A stretch of 63,954 bases of DNA, the filler included, from Licmophora abbreviata (Eukaryota), in the NCBI GenBank assembly GCA_900291995.1. It is 12 parts of 12 records of this genome, joined end to end, with 100 filler letters (N's around TTAATTAATTAA, not from the genome) between each part and the next. Parts side by side here need not be neighbours in the genome. Positions count along the whole stretch, not along the records: positions 1 to 3,378 come from OLMU01001665.1; positions 3,479 to 7,506 come from OLMU01001667.1; positions 7,607 to 15,697 come from OLMU01001668.1; 9 more parts are not named here. One strand, written 5' to 3'. The position numbers and the translations under genes are program-made. How positions within the stretch are numbered: position 1 is the stretch's first letter; every line of letters starts with the position of its first letter. The notes under the pieces were generated by a model, which was not told where the DNA came from, made no database searches, and saw only the letters and a list, made by a program, of their open reading frames with translations. Positions 1 to 14,911 of this stretch are shown here, piece by piece.

Positions 1-2
1 AT

Positions 3-558
3 CAAGAGAGCGAGGGGAGTGAAAGGGAGGAAAATGGTGATGCTGACCAAGCTCGATCGGCACTTCCACATGCCATCCGACTGTTGAGCGAACGAGCAGC
101 CAAGGAACGAAGCGAGGACTCGTTGAAGGGACGCTGCATGTTGGGCATATGCGCGTCGTCTGCAGAAGAAGGCATCGCTACTCTCAAGTCGTGGGTGTCA
201 TCCTTGGAACTTCCTCGAGGTCTCTTACATGGAATGGACAAAGATGGAGTGCCCATCGACGTGGAGGGCAGCGTATACATCAAGTACAACACGGGTGGGT
301 TGGTTTCGTCTGATTTGTATCCCTTCAGCGTTTCTCAGTCGGATGCTGACCTATTTCTTATCTGCTGTCATAGGTGGAGTGCTAAGCTTCGGCGATATTC
401 GAAAGAGTGGGATGGGATTCGACGCCCTCTGGAAGCCCGGAGATGCGATGATCGAAGAGTACGACGGGACCTACCGAGGCGTCTATTTCCAGGTGGAGCT
501 TTCCGATGGAGAATTCCGACAATATCTAGTGCCCTTGAATACGTTAGATGTCCACTAA
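3..558 (+). CDS. Hypothetical protein, 5'-partial, one intron (295..373)
   Basis: Frame is open from the window start. A GTGGGT..CATAG intron joins ORF 84..611 (...IKYNT) to ORF 229..558 (GGVLSFGDIRK...LNTLDVH*) in frame. No family recognised. Confidence 0.6.
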
Positions 559-631
559 TCTTTTTATCCGCAATGGCCACCGGTGATGTGAATCTTGTGC
601 ACTTGTCATGATCGCTGGGGTACCTCGTAAA

Positions 632-3217
632 CTATTGGCCCTGTGACAGCCATTCCTCAGAAGCTCCTCCACCGACCGACAGTCCCGTCGCTGCTGCGAT
701 ATCGCCAACCATGCCTTTCGTCTTCTGTAGATTCTCCATGCTTTGCTCCATCATCAGCTCCTGTCCCTTCAGCAAGTCGTGGCAGTTTGCAATGTCAGAC
801 TTGCTGAGCCTCATGTCGACGACTCGTCCGGACTTCAATGACTGAATAACATCGTCGGATGCATTTGAGAGCCGCTTGAAAGATTCTTCCCATGTGTCGC
901 ACTTGGCCTTGAGAAGCTTTAGTCGCCGAAAGTAATCGATTTCGGATTGTGTGAGCGTGGGTTGTAGGTCTTGACATGCCTGGAGGAGATTACTGCTGCG
1001 TTGCGCCAGGAGACTGGCATTCGTCTCTGCGGACTCTAGCTTTTCGACAGTTGCCGTCATTCGTCCCTTAAGGGAGTGAACTGTCTCTTGCAAAGCTCGC
1101 AGCTGCGATACTTGGCTCTTGTACATTTCCTGAACATTCTTCATACCGGACAAGGCAACCTCGTTGATTTCCAGGAGCGGCAGTACGACTTCCTTCTCGC
1201 ATCGTTCCTTGATTGCAAGGACTGTCGCGAGAGTTCCAGCATTGATGTCGGAGGGAGTCGTCGCTCCGCCGACAATCTTGCCCATGCCAGATAAACCAGC
1301 GTTGACTCTGTCTACCATGGGCTGCAGCAGTTCGTGCAGAGGCTTTGTCCGTTCGACTGCTTGAAGTGCCGTATGTGTGGCGGAATCTTTCTTACCCTCT
1401 TTTGCGGAGGCTGACAGCGACTCTTTCTCGTGCAGGTATCTAGATTCCGTCAGATTGACAACTGCCATGTTTCCTACGGAGGAGGTCACACCAGGCAACA
1501 GTTAGTAACGCTATTCTACCAAAGCTCTCTTTAAATGCTATCACACGTACCATTCGAAAGCCGCACAACAAGACTGTGGCCAAGGTGCGCATCGCCGCTA
1601 ATGACGGCACCAGTGAGCCGAACGTTCCCACTACCAGCCGAGACATCAAGGCTCGACCACGCAGACGTGCGGACAGTCTCGTTCGCACGTTTGCTTGACG
1701 GAGAAACAAAGCCGGCCCCTTCGTCAGCCCCCTCACCTTGGTGTACTTTACTACTAGCAAAACGCATTGCGTTTGTGGATACGGATACAACGCCTTGGCT
1801 CGATGCATAATGCATCATGTTGTCCATGACGGGATCGCGCACGAGGGTTGCGAGTGGTAGTTGCGCAGACGGTTTCGTAGTTTTCCGCTTCGCCGTCCGG
1901 AGAAACTTCCACTCGTTCCACGACGACACCGAGCTCCGCAAGAGAATCGTCCAAAAGCAGGCCGTCGTCTTGGTTCTCGTATCCGAATCGAGGAAGTATC
2001 GCCGTGACGGGTACCACCGCAAAGTCGACTCCAGTGTGCGCTCGTGCAATCGCCATACCCACCAAGTCTCTTGAGAAGAAAGGTTCAATGACGAGAGCAC
2101 GATTCCATGCTTCATCGGGTTCCATGGGCGCAGGAAGGAGGACGGGCCCTTGGATTTGCACTGGGAAGAGCGCTGCATTCCGGACATCTCCGCCCGCGCG
2201 CATGCGAGCCTGGAGGTAGTAACTCTGACCATCATCTCGCGACAGGAAGACGTCTTCGAGGAACCGGCGCGCAGCGAGCATCTGTCTCCATCGGGGTGCA
2301 TTCGTATCTCCAAAGCTTTCAGTGGCTTCGTCAATGTATTCAACCGCTTCTTTGACGACAGAGCGAGACACAGTTGCCCCATCAAACACAATAGGGCTGG
2401 CGCCGAGCACTTCACCCGACGCCTTCAAGAAAAGAGTCGACGCGGAAGGTAGAAGAGCAAGACCGTTCGACTGCGCGAAACAAAAGTCAACGATACCGCA
2501 CTCGTCGTGGATCTGCTCTAATCCAAACTGAAGGGGAGTCGTGACTAATTTGCCTCCCACCCCATGATGTAAGACCAGCGTGTACTCATTCACGGTGGCA
2601 TTGTGTGTGAGCATCGCCATGGCTCCTGGCGGAGACATGAAGGCATATCCCATGCGGCGATGAGGCGCCGAGCGAACTCGTACAATCCGCAACGAGGACG
2701 AACTTCCCGCCAAGAAGGAGTCCATGGGGTTCACGACCGACACAACCTCTCCCTCCACAATGCCGTCGGTGACTACGAAAGGACACATGTAAGCAAGCTC
2801 CAGGCGGAACACATCGTGTCGCGTGTAGAGGCAAAGGAGAGGCTGCAAGCATTTCTGTGGTCCCGCTTCGTCAGTGTCCTTCGGAGGCCGTTGCATCGAG
2901 TCACCATGGACACACAGCAGCTCGATTGGAGCCTCGACCGCCAAGACGGACTCGACGGACTTGGGCAGACGTGTACGAATCACTGGCGGAAATTCACGCT
3001 CGATTTCGTCATCTGTGGTCCCAGCGAGAGGAAGATTGTGCGATTCCACAAACACCTGTCCATTGCGTTCTGTTACAAGAGAGTAGACGGAGCGCCCGTC
3101 GGGGGACAAGCAGGACAGCGGCCCGACGAAAGATACGGGTCCCTCCAATGGAGGTGTGTGTGCTCGGCGACTCTCGCTGTCTGCCGAAAAGTTCGACGAA
3201 ATTCCAAAGCGGGGCAT
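632..3217 (-). CDS. Nucleoporin Nup88/Nup82-like (beta-propeller plus C-terminal coiled coil); apparent frameshift near 1881-1884; intron 1474..1550
   Basis: Motifs VDFCF, LFLKASGEVLGASP, QGPVLLP and LVRDP..HY.S.QGV resemble the Nup88/Nup82 propeller, and the C-terminal ~280 aa is heptad-rich. A GTACGT..CGTAG intron gives in-frame RLSNG|NMAVV. Confidence 0.6.
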
Positions 3218-3378
3218 GATGGTTCAGAACGCTTTCGAGAATCGGTGTTGAGTACAAGCAGAGACGAGGCAAGGATGATGGTGAAGAGAAAGTCCGCTCC
3301 CGACGCATTCCCATGGTCGTGAGAAGAATGACGCGGGGTGATGATAGATGGATGACGTCCATGAGTCGTCCGAAAAGA

Positions 3379-3478
3379 NNNNNNNNNNNNNNNNNNNNNN
3401 NNNNNNNNNNNNNNNNNNNNNNTTAATTAATTAANNNNNNNNNNNNNNNNNNNNNNNNNNNNNNNNNNNNNNNNNNNN
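3379..3478. other. Artificial 100-nt linker N44-TTAATTAATTAA-N44; identical linkers at 7507-7606, 15698-15797, 20607-20706, 23831-23930, 33146-33245, 34874-34973, 40082-40181, 43455-43554, 55185-55284 and 62850-62949
   Basis: Eleven identical fixed-length spacers with stop codons in all six frames. Confidence 0.98.
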
Positions 3479-3480
3479 AC

Positions 3481-5488
3481 ATCATTGATACCGTGTTCTA
3501 CTTCCGCGTTCTGATCGCACTATTGCTTGCTGGCGCGGCGACATCTGTGAAGCGCTCCGTTGTTGCGATCTCTTTTGGAAAGAAGACGTTTGCCAAATAC
3601 AAGCCTCGCTTGGAGAAGCTTCTCGCAGATGTTGTATTGATAGCGGAGGTCGCTGAGCTGTCAAGCCACGTCCAGACTCAGCAGGGTGAGACAATGAAAC
3701 GCGGTGTCCTCAAAACTACGAAATGGACGAGTATGAAGTTTCAGAACAAGGGGCCGAGCGGAAAGGCCGCGACAGACAAGGGAGCTCTTACTGAGAATGA
3801 CGATGAGGAGGAACTGGAAAGTGGCGACGATGAAGTCAGCGTGGATGATGACGAAGAATGTAGTGATGACGATCAAGACGTGGACCCTTCAAGACCTCAA
3901 AAGCGAGCGAGCGACAACCCCACTTTTTCGAGGAAACGTCCGTTTCTCAGAACGGTATCGACGACTCGAAAAATCAAGAATTTGCTTGAACGTTGGAGTG
4001 AACCGACGGCCAAGAACCAGACCTCTCATGTGTCAATCAGTGACATTCTGAAGTTTAGACGTGCTTTGACATTTATGGACGACTCGCACCCCTTCTCCCT
4101 GTCCTTTGGCCCTGCACAAACTAGAGACGAATGTATTCGGTCTGCGCAGCAGACATATCGGAAACTCTGGGAAAATCAAGATGGGCAGGACAGCCTCTCT
4201 TTCGAAGTAATCAATCTTCTAGCGCACGGCCCAGATAATGTTGCCGATGACGCCGATAAAGAGGCCGCACTGAGAACTCTTTTCCGTCCGGATTATTTCA
4301 ACGAGGTCTCTGTGCTGGCGTTCGTTCAAGCCTGTGACTCTGTGTACAAGAGACTGCGGTTCTTTCGCGCTTCGGTTGGAAACTCGTCAGTGATCGACCG
4401 TGTGCTGGAACAGATCGTTGATGTACGTTTCGACTCTGTGTGTGGAGGTTCTGATAGTGCTACATACTGCGTCTGACACCACTCTCATGATTCATCTTTT
4501 TTACCAGCTCCTATTTGGTTTTATTCTTTCTCTAGTAATACTGCTTATTCTGCAGTTCAATCCATGGCCGTTGCTCGTATCTATTTCTACGCTTGTGGTA
4601 TCGTTCGCGTTTGCGTTTGGCACATCGGCTTCAAAATACATTGAGGTAGTTCAGTTGCTGTGTTTCAATGTAATTCGCTTGCACCGCAATCCTCACACAC
4701 TCGCTAACGTTTCTATATAGGGAGTTCTTTTGATCATAGCTCGCCAACCTTTCGATCTTGGCGACCGTATTTTGATTGTTGGCAGTGAGAATGTCATAAA
4801 CTACGATGATTCAAATTCCTGGTTCGTGGAAGGTATGTTGTGGCTTTTCAAAGAGATACATGATGCACTGCCCTTGGCCTTGCGTGTGTGGAATGTGATG
4901 CTCATTTGCGTGCATCCAACACCATTTTGTCCATTCGCGATCTATTTCTATTTCTGTTTCATAGATATCAACCTTTTCAGCACAACGTTGCGATTTGGCG
5001 CTACGAACCATGTCGCCACAGTAAACAACGGCTCGATCGCAGGATCGAGAATTGTGAATTGCGCCCGATCTCCGAACGCCCTTGTTTCGCTCACTTACCG
5101 CCTTGGTCTGTCGTCCCCGGGGGAGCAAGTCGATCTGTTCCGCGAAGCTATCGAAAAGTATATTCAAGACAACCCACGCCTTTGGGACCAACTCATTTTC
5201 TTTCGATGTCGTATGATCGATCCCGATATGGATGTTATGGAGTACCTCGTTCGTATTCGGTCCACTAAACCTTGGCAGGATGCACCTGTCATCAATGCCG
5301 CTCGGTCTGATTTTGATAAGTTCTGTTATGAGGTCGGCCTAAAGCTTGGCATATTGTACGACACGCCGGCCCGAACGCAGGTGGTAGTCCTTCAGAATCC
5401 TCCTGAAGACAGTACAGGCAGCGCTATCATCAGAGAACAAAGCCGCTCGGGAAGCGGGATGCCGTCAGTGGCCATCGAAACACGCTAG
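3481..5488 (+). CDS. MscS-like mechanosensitive ion channel, 5'-partial; introns 4423..4507, 4646..4720, 4833..4964
   Basis: TM segments followed by SFAFAFG..ASKYIEGVLLII..QPFDLGDRI and VEDINLFSTT...NGSIAGSRIVNCARSP (MscS core). Three canonical introns keep the frame. Confidence 0.9.
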
Positions 5489-5580
5489 AGCAAGTCGATA
5501 GACAGGACGAACGAATCCGTCAAACGGAATGTTAAAAAGTTAATTCCTAAAATAAACGAGCAGCCATTTGTGTTGTTTCC

Positions 5581-7335
5581 TCAGGTCGCCTTCGGCTGAA
5601 CCCAGTCTCGTGGAACAAACTGGTCATAGATAATCTCACGGTGGCAGCTCCACACAAGCTGGATGGCCTCGGGCGTACCAATGCCACATCCACGGGGGTC
5701 ACCGGATGGTCCAAACCAATGGTTCTGGGGCGCACCTGTCGTACGAGCGCGGCGTCCAGCGTACGTCGTACCGTTCACTGTGTTGGCCAGAACCTTCGAC
5801 TGGAACGCAGCATCGTTCGAAACCACAGCTGCCGTCAAATGATGCGAGATACGCTCGCAAGCCTCCAGAACTCCATCTAGTGACCTGTCGTCGTATTCCG
5901 TCACTACCTGAAACGGTGCAAAGAGCTCGGTGGTACATGCGCCAAAGTTCTCCTGCTTGAGCATCTCCTCGAGCGGGACAAACACAGCTGTCGGTTCAAC
6001 TGCGCCGTACTTTTCGGGAATCGAATGGTTTTTGAGTTCCTTTCCACCAAAGAGAAGCAAAGCTCCTGGGATCTTAGTGAGGCGCTCGACGTGTTCAAGG
6101 ATACCCTTGGTGGTGTGAGTCAGGACAGGTCCAACCGTCAAGTCACCCAGGTTGCGCTTGGCGGCCATGTCCTTCATCTTGTCAAGGAGTCCGGTGGCTC
6201 TCCAGTTTTCATGCATAAACATGATAGACTGAGCAGAGCACTTCTGACCGATTGTAGCATACGCGTCCTGATCACACTGCCAGGCGACATAGTCGACATC
6301 CGCCACATCCGGACCGAGAATCTTCCAATCAAACCCAGCATCTTCAATCTTGACCTTGCCGTGCGTTTCACGCGACAACAATTCCGCCACACGGGAGGAT
6401 CCCGTGAACTGTGTCATACGGACGGGAGTCTTGACTATAACTTCCTGTGCTACAGGCCCGCGGCAGTTCAGGAAGTCAACGTCGTTCTTGTCCATACCAC
6501 AGTGGTGAAGCAAACGAAGGAATTGCTCCATCACGAGAGCACAGGCCTCGCTCGGTTTGAGGACCGGCTTGTTACCCATGTAGAGGGAACCCATCAACTG
6601 AAGAACTGGGATCTCTAGTGGAAAGTTAAAGGGTGCTACAATTGCCACCGGGCCCCACGGCCAACGATGCCCGAAGGACATTTGGCCATAGTGGTCGCCT
6701 GGAACACCAAAGGATTTGGCCAGACGGCGGACATTGTCGCCCGCGAAGTTATGAAGGAATGCAGCCGTCACTTTGACCTGCAGAAGTCAATATTAAAAGA
6801 ACGAGATAAGAGTACATTACAACAGATACAAGCTCACGATCCGGTAAGTTGCACTGACCTCGCCCATCGCTTGACCGTGGGACTTGGGAACGCACTTCAT
6901 GATGCACTGAGTGAAGAATTCAGCGACCTCTGGCTTTGCAAGATACTCTCCAGCCTTGCGGGTGATCTCGCCGTACTTGACATATCGATCGCAGTTCTTG
7001 ATCGGGTTGTGAGCCCCACTTTTGGTCACCTTCCTCAAGCTGTCAACAAACGGCTGGAGTTCGTCGACGCCCGTATCGGGAATGGTGAAGATGGCTGGCG
7101 CATCCTTGTCCATTGGGTGAGGAATCTGCATGACCGATCCAGCAGACTGCCACTCGCCAGCAACGCAGTTGGAAACGGCATGCGGTACGGTAGACACACC
7201 CAGCCGCGCGGGATCAACCGAGGCCCAAGACAAGGCCCCGGACCCTGGATTGAAGGCCGGACTAGGCGACTTGAGAGCTGCGGCGCTCACCTGCTCGGCG
7301 CAGGCACCGATTTTGTGCACATTGGGAGGGGCCAT
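5581..7335 (-). CDS. ALDH12: Delta-1-pyrroline-5-carboxylate dehydrogenase, ALDH12 type; intron 6778..6858
   Basis: PFNFPLEIP, FTGSS, EDAGFDWKILGPD, GQKCSAQS (catalytic Cys) and TTGAPQNHWFGP are characteristic of plant/algal ALDH12. Confidence 0.92.
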
Positions 7336-7770
7336 GGTCAGAATGAATGTGTACCGAGGATTTCAAAGATTTTGCACTCCAACAAAAGATTGTGACTGAT
7401 TTGTGCCGATGGATCCGAACGCAAAGCGAAATTGCATGTGGTGTCAACAAAGGTGTCATCCATCAACAAAATGTGAGGCGAAACGTCATCATGCGCGCTT
7501 CCTGCANNNNNNNNNNNNNNNNNNNNNNNNNNNNNNNNNNNNNNNNNNNNTTAATTAATTAANNNNNNNNNNNNNNNNNNNNNNNNNNNNNNNNNNNNNN
7601 NNNNNNAGCATGTAACTGAATATATTGATGGAATGGAAACTTCGATTGCTATTCCTCGACGGCTTATACCGGTAAGGTGTTTGCTTTGCTAACGAGCAAC
7701 ACCTCGCCTTGACAGCTCGATCGGACTGTTGCTGCACACGCGGCTACATGCGCGCAAGGTCATCGCCTCC

Positions 7771-9251
<1,481 letters not shown>

Positions 9252-9501
9252 GGTTCTATTGTGTGCGTTGAGAGAAACAACGCGATCGCAAAGTGTGATG
9301 AAAAAAGTCTCCCACGGCATCAGAATTTGGAAGAAATTGACATTCTGACTCCTTTGACTCGTTCTACGTAGAAGCCGTACTGTGATTACCATTTGAGATG
9401 AGACCAACACATTCCGCCGACGTTCCAAACTCGCCGCCGCCGCGGGTCGAGTCAATTCGTTCGCTCTGGTGTTCTCTTGTCTTTCGAAATTGAAGTCGAC
9501 C
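9252..9501. promoter_or_regulatory. Probable bidirectional promoter region between head-to-head cathepsin paralogs
   Basis: Only 250 nt separate two divergent ATGs. Inferred from the arrangement; no specific motif identified. Confidence 0.45.
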
Positions 9502-10855
<1,354 letters not shown>

Positions 10856-11291
10856 GAAGCTTTGATCAATGCGCGAGTACCGTCGGGTTTGACGCTTTGC
10901 TCACTAAGCAAAGCCATTCGACGACATTCGAAAAACTAAACTGAAGTAGTTGACTTGTCACATAGGACTCTAGGCCAAGCAAAGGGCAACAACAACTTGT
11001 CTTATCTGGTTCCGTTTGTGTTCGAGACAATCTTCTGAGATGCATAGCTATCCTGAACAACAAACGTCATGATACTCGTGGGTCGCGGGTGTCGATCTTC
11101 CACTTATACACGAAAGAACGCGCGCGTATTGACGTGTTTTTCGAACACTAAAATAGACCGATCTCAACATCGTCATTTGAACGTTCAATGTGTTGATGCG
11201 ACGCAAAAGATGTCAGATGTCACACTGCAACACTAGACTTCATCATCCTCAGTGAACATCTTCTCGTCGTCACAGAGCACCGAACGGCACC

Positions 11292-11993
11292 ATGAAGATT
11301 CTACTATACAATCCAAATACAACAGAGGGCATGACGAATGCTATGGTTCCCGTGGCGAGGCAAGTCGCACACTCGGAAACGGAGATTGTTGGTGAGACGG
11401 CGTCGAGCGGTGTTTCGTCGATTGAAGGGTACTTCGACGAGGCTTTGAGCATTCCTCCGATGTTAGCGAGATTTCAAACTGTTGAAAGGGGTGGATACGA
11501 TGCAGTCATCATTGGATGCTTCGACGATACTGGGCTCGACGCAGCTCGCAGTCTACTCAACATACCGGTCGTGGGTTTATGCCAGAGTGCCGCCCACATA
11601 GCTTCCGTTGTATGTGAGAGGTTTGCTGTCGTCACGACAATGCCACAGTCGGTTCCACCGTTGAGGAGAGTGCTACAGAGCTATATCGGAACAGAACGTT
11701 GTGCAGGGGTGTTTGCTAGTAGCATACCTGTCTTGGATCTTGAGGGAGCTTCCGAAGAAACGCTTGAGAAACTCTTGAGTAAGTGCCGCCAAGCATTGGT
11801 TGACGCAGATGGATTGGTCCTCGGATGTGCTGGAATGGCTCCGTTAGCGGCATCGCTATCCAGAAAGCTTGGGGTTCCAGTTATTGAGCCTGTCACAAGT
11901 GCGGTAAAAATGGCAGAATCGGTATTGGGGTTGAGTCTCAGAACGAGCAATTCGAGTGGCTGGACAGCACCTCGCGAAAAGGAGCGTACCTAA
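11292..11993 (+). CDS. Asp/Glu/hydantoin (allantoin) racemase family protein, intronless
   Basis: MKILLYNPNTT, SIEGYFDE and the two catalytic cysteines in GCFDDTG and LVLGCAGM. Confidence 0.9.
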   Translation: MKILLYNPNTTEGMTNAMVPVARQVAHSETEIVGETASSGVSSIEGYFDEALSIPPMLARFQTVERGGYDAVIIGCFDDTGLDAARSLLNIPVVGLCQSAAHIASVVCERFAVVTTMPQSVPPLRRVLQSYIGTERCAGVFASSIPVLDLEGASEETLEKLLSKCRQALVDADGLVLGCAGMAPLAASLSRKLGVPVIEPVTSAVKMAESVLGLSLRTSNSSGWTAPREKERT

Positions 11994-12663
11994 ATACTCT
12001 AGCTCATACTTCTGTCTACACGACGTATTCGACAAAGACACGACTCTTGTGCTTCTGGACTCTGGCATCTTGCTTGGACGTACCGGCTTGCGTGGGGGTA
12101 TGCTGATGCAAAATGAAAAATTCTGAATGCCGCTGATCATTGATTAGGTTACGATAGACCTAATTCCCTGGTAGCTTCATTTCTTAGACAGCCTTGGATT
12201 GATTGCGGTCCGTACTTTACTTTTCACAGATAATCTGAGGTACGATCGTAGTCTACAGAGGCCGCGGAAGCGAACCAACCGCGGCGACGGAGCATGACGT
12301 CAGTTTCTAAAGGCTCCGGAGGCCGGCGCGCTTGCATTGCCAGGGCGCGCGCGTTCGATGCTCCTTTTTCTTTCTTTCGTCTGTCGCGCCAAAAGTCGAT
12401 AGCCGACGTCGCGATCGAACGACCATGGCGGGCGCATGTGCCTATTCACTAGGATGAACAAAGTCAAGCAAAATTCAAGGATACCTCTTGATCAAGTCGC
12501 ATCTTCGCATTCAATTGACTCATTGTACATGCCTGCTTCCCCACTGTGGGACTGTGGGAAATTTGACGAAGATTCCCAGGCTCTCCAGGAGTGAATCTTC
12601 CGGTGTCCGTATCGATCCCTCCACAAATCCGCACATTCCTTAATTAGTTCAACACATCAAGCT

Positions 12664-13779
12664 ATGGAGCGAAATACACTGGATACAAGAAAAATATACG
12701 AGGAAGCGATCGAAGAGGATATTCAATCCTTTATCGGGGCGATACGAAATTGGACCGCGTTGATGATTGGCAATGAAGCGGCCGACAGTCTTTCTTTTCG
12801 GAGCAGCATGAACTTCACTCAGGGTGACAACCGAGATCGGGGCACTTTTTTTTCATCTAGAAACATCACGACATGTCTGGACAAGACAAACATGAGTCGC
12901 ATGGGCCAACTGCTGGCGTCGCTCTTGACGACCAACGACGCCCCAGACCAGACCGTGCAAGAGGATGCGGTTCGGTCCTTGCAATGGCGGCCCTCGTTAC
13001 CATGCATGAAAGACCGACACTTAAAGTATCTGGGAGGTGGATCTGGAGCTGGTTTTCAAGTGCGATGCGGTGGAGATCGTTATCATGTTTTGCTGGACGC
13101 TTCTTGTGGAGGTGGTGGAGGCGGTAGACCTAGAATAACATCTCATGGAGAGTACTGGTTCCGTGGAGGCTCTCAAGCCCATGTGCGGTTACCTCATCAG
13201 GGGAAGATAACTATAAGGGGCGGCGGTCGTAAATGGAAACTTGGTAAATCCTTCGAAAGGGGTAAAGGGGAAGCCATGAATGCACTGAGTGACGCCATGC
13301 TATCCTGTGCATCCAATCGGTCACTCTGGATTCAAGGAGGCGGTGGAGGAGGGTGGGAATCAACAAGTCAGCAGGGAAACGGCAGTGATAAAGAGCAACA
13401 TGGATTCGGGTTCGACTTTGTCTTATCTCATCCCGAAATAGTAGGCGGCAGCCGAGTCGCGGAGATTCCGAACAAACCGAGGGAGGCGCCCGCAAATCAA
13501 TCGTACTCTGCCAATTTGTACCACAGCTGTCTCCATCTCTCAGGTGACTCTGAAGCTATTGGAGCGTGTTGGGCGGCACAATCAAGAGACAATATACAGT
13601 CTTGGCAGTCTCAAATGCACCTCATTGAGTATGACTTATATGCGACCCCAAGCAGCTTCTGGCCAGCGGTAGTCTCAGCAACGGTTGCTCTCCTATGCTT
13701 CTCTACTGTCTCTCTTCTGGCGAGAGTCCTTGCGATGTCAATACGGAGACGCGGGTATAGGGCCGTGCCTGACTATTGA
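12664..13779 (+). CDS. Hypothetical glycine-rich single-pass membrane protein (possible upstream exon 12454..12590)
   Basis: 371-aa ORF with several poly-Gly runs, a C-terminal hydrophobic helix and the short tail RRRGYRAVPDY. A weak GTGAAT..ATTAG intron at 12591..12647 would add an in-frame upstream exon. Confidence 0.6.
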   Translation: MERNTLDTRKIYEEAIEEDIQSFIGAIRNWTALMIGNEAADSLSFRSSMNFTQGDNRDRGTFFSSRNITTCLDKTNMSRMGQLLASLLTTNDAPDQTVQEDAVRSLQWRPSLPCMKDRHLKYLGGGSGAGFQVRCGGDRYHVLLDASCGGGGGGRPRITSHGEYWFRGGSQAHVRLPHQGKITIRGGGRKWKLGKSFERGKGEAMNALSDAMLSCASNRSLWIQGGGGGGWESTSQQGNGSDKEQHGFGFDFVLSHPEIVGGSRVAEIPNKPREAPANQSYSANLYHSCLHLSGDSEAIGACWAAQSRDNIQSWQSQMHLIEYDLYATPSSFWPAVVSATVALLCFSTVSLLARVLAMSIRRRGYRAVPDY

Positions 13780-14203
13780 GAAGTGGCTCGGTTGTCTACG
13801 CTCCTAGAATGCAGTAGCTTCGCATGCCGTCATTGATGCATGACAACCCGGAAGTATGGGAAGAAACAAATTCGATCATCAGACATACGGGAGTGCGACT
13901 AAGCCTTAAGAAGGTCATGAACTACCTTTCTCTTTTAGGAGGCTGATATACTGTAGCTTTGTGATGGCTACAATGTAGCTCATGTGCTAATCTCGTCGGC
14001 GTTGATGTACCGGTGACGCCGGTTCAAGACGCGACTTTTGTAACTCCAAAGCTCATAACCGGCTCTCTGCAGCCATCCAACGCGTTTTCGAAAGTTGAGT
14101 TTCCAAATCGCGAAGTTCTCGGCGACAAACACAATGTGCCGACCATACCTGTCTTCTTATTGCGCCACTTGTCAGAAAAGCACCTCGTAGACAGCTTATA
14201 ACT

Positions 14204-14682
14204 ATGGGCAAATCGATTCGATCGAAAATAAAGCGAAAGCACCGCGCCGAGTTTCGTGCGACGATCGGAACTGTGAGTCGAGTCTCTCTTTCAGCCTATG
14301 CGCATCACTGCGATCGCTTGATTTGGTCGCTTGTTTCTCAATTTGTTTTTGCGTTATTTGTTTTGTCAATCAGGAAGCAGCTAAGGAACAGATGGCAGTT
14401 GTACAATCAAAGCTGAAGGTGTGCCTGGAGAAGGGGTCGATGAACTCGCTGGATCGCCTCTCGTCCCTTTTTAAGACGGAAGCCAGCGAAACTGAGACAG
14501 GGGCTGAAAATATGGATGCTGTGCCGGTGGACCCCTTTGAGACCGTGGAGGCAGTCAAGGGAGAGAATAAAGTCCCTGTTAAGAAGCCCAGAAGACAGAA
14601 GCACAAGCTGAAGAATGCACCGGCTAGAAAAGAACAGAGCAAGCGCGCGAGGCCCAAACCGAGGTACTTTTGTCAGTTCTAG
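14204..14682 (+). CDS. LLPH/DUF2423-like small basic protein; intron 14273..14373
   Basis: N-terminus MGKSIRSKIKRKHRAEFR matches the MAKSxRSKxKRxxR start of this family. The C-terminus is Lys/Arg-rich and the GTGAGT..ATCAG intron is in frame. Confidence 0.7.
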
Positions 14683-14911
14683 CGCGAGAGAGGATGCAAC
14701 TTTTGGAAACTTGACGCGAATGGTCGAACCGTCTACTCTACTAGTTGGTCTAAACACGGTTATATAACACAGTTATGAACAGCTTTTGCAGCTTTTGACA
14801 GCTCTCTGTGCTCTCCGCGGCGTCAGGACTCTTGTTGATGGGGACCGCATTGATTCAATCAACGCGCTCGCCTCAGAAGCAGCCAGTAGATAGCTTTGGC
14901 GGGAACCACAT

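Noticed and set aside
3423..3434. TTAATTAATTAA palindrome recurring 11 times
   Set aside because: Always centred in N44 flanks; it is an artificial six-frame stop linker.
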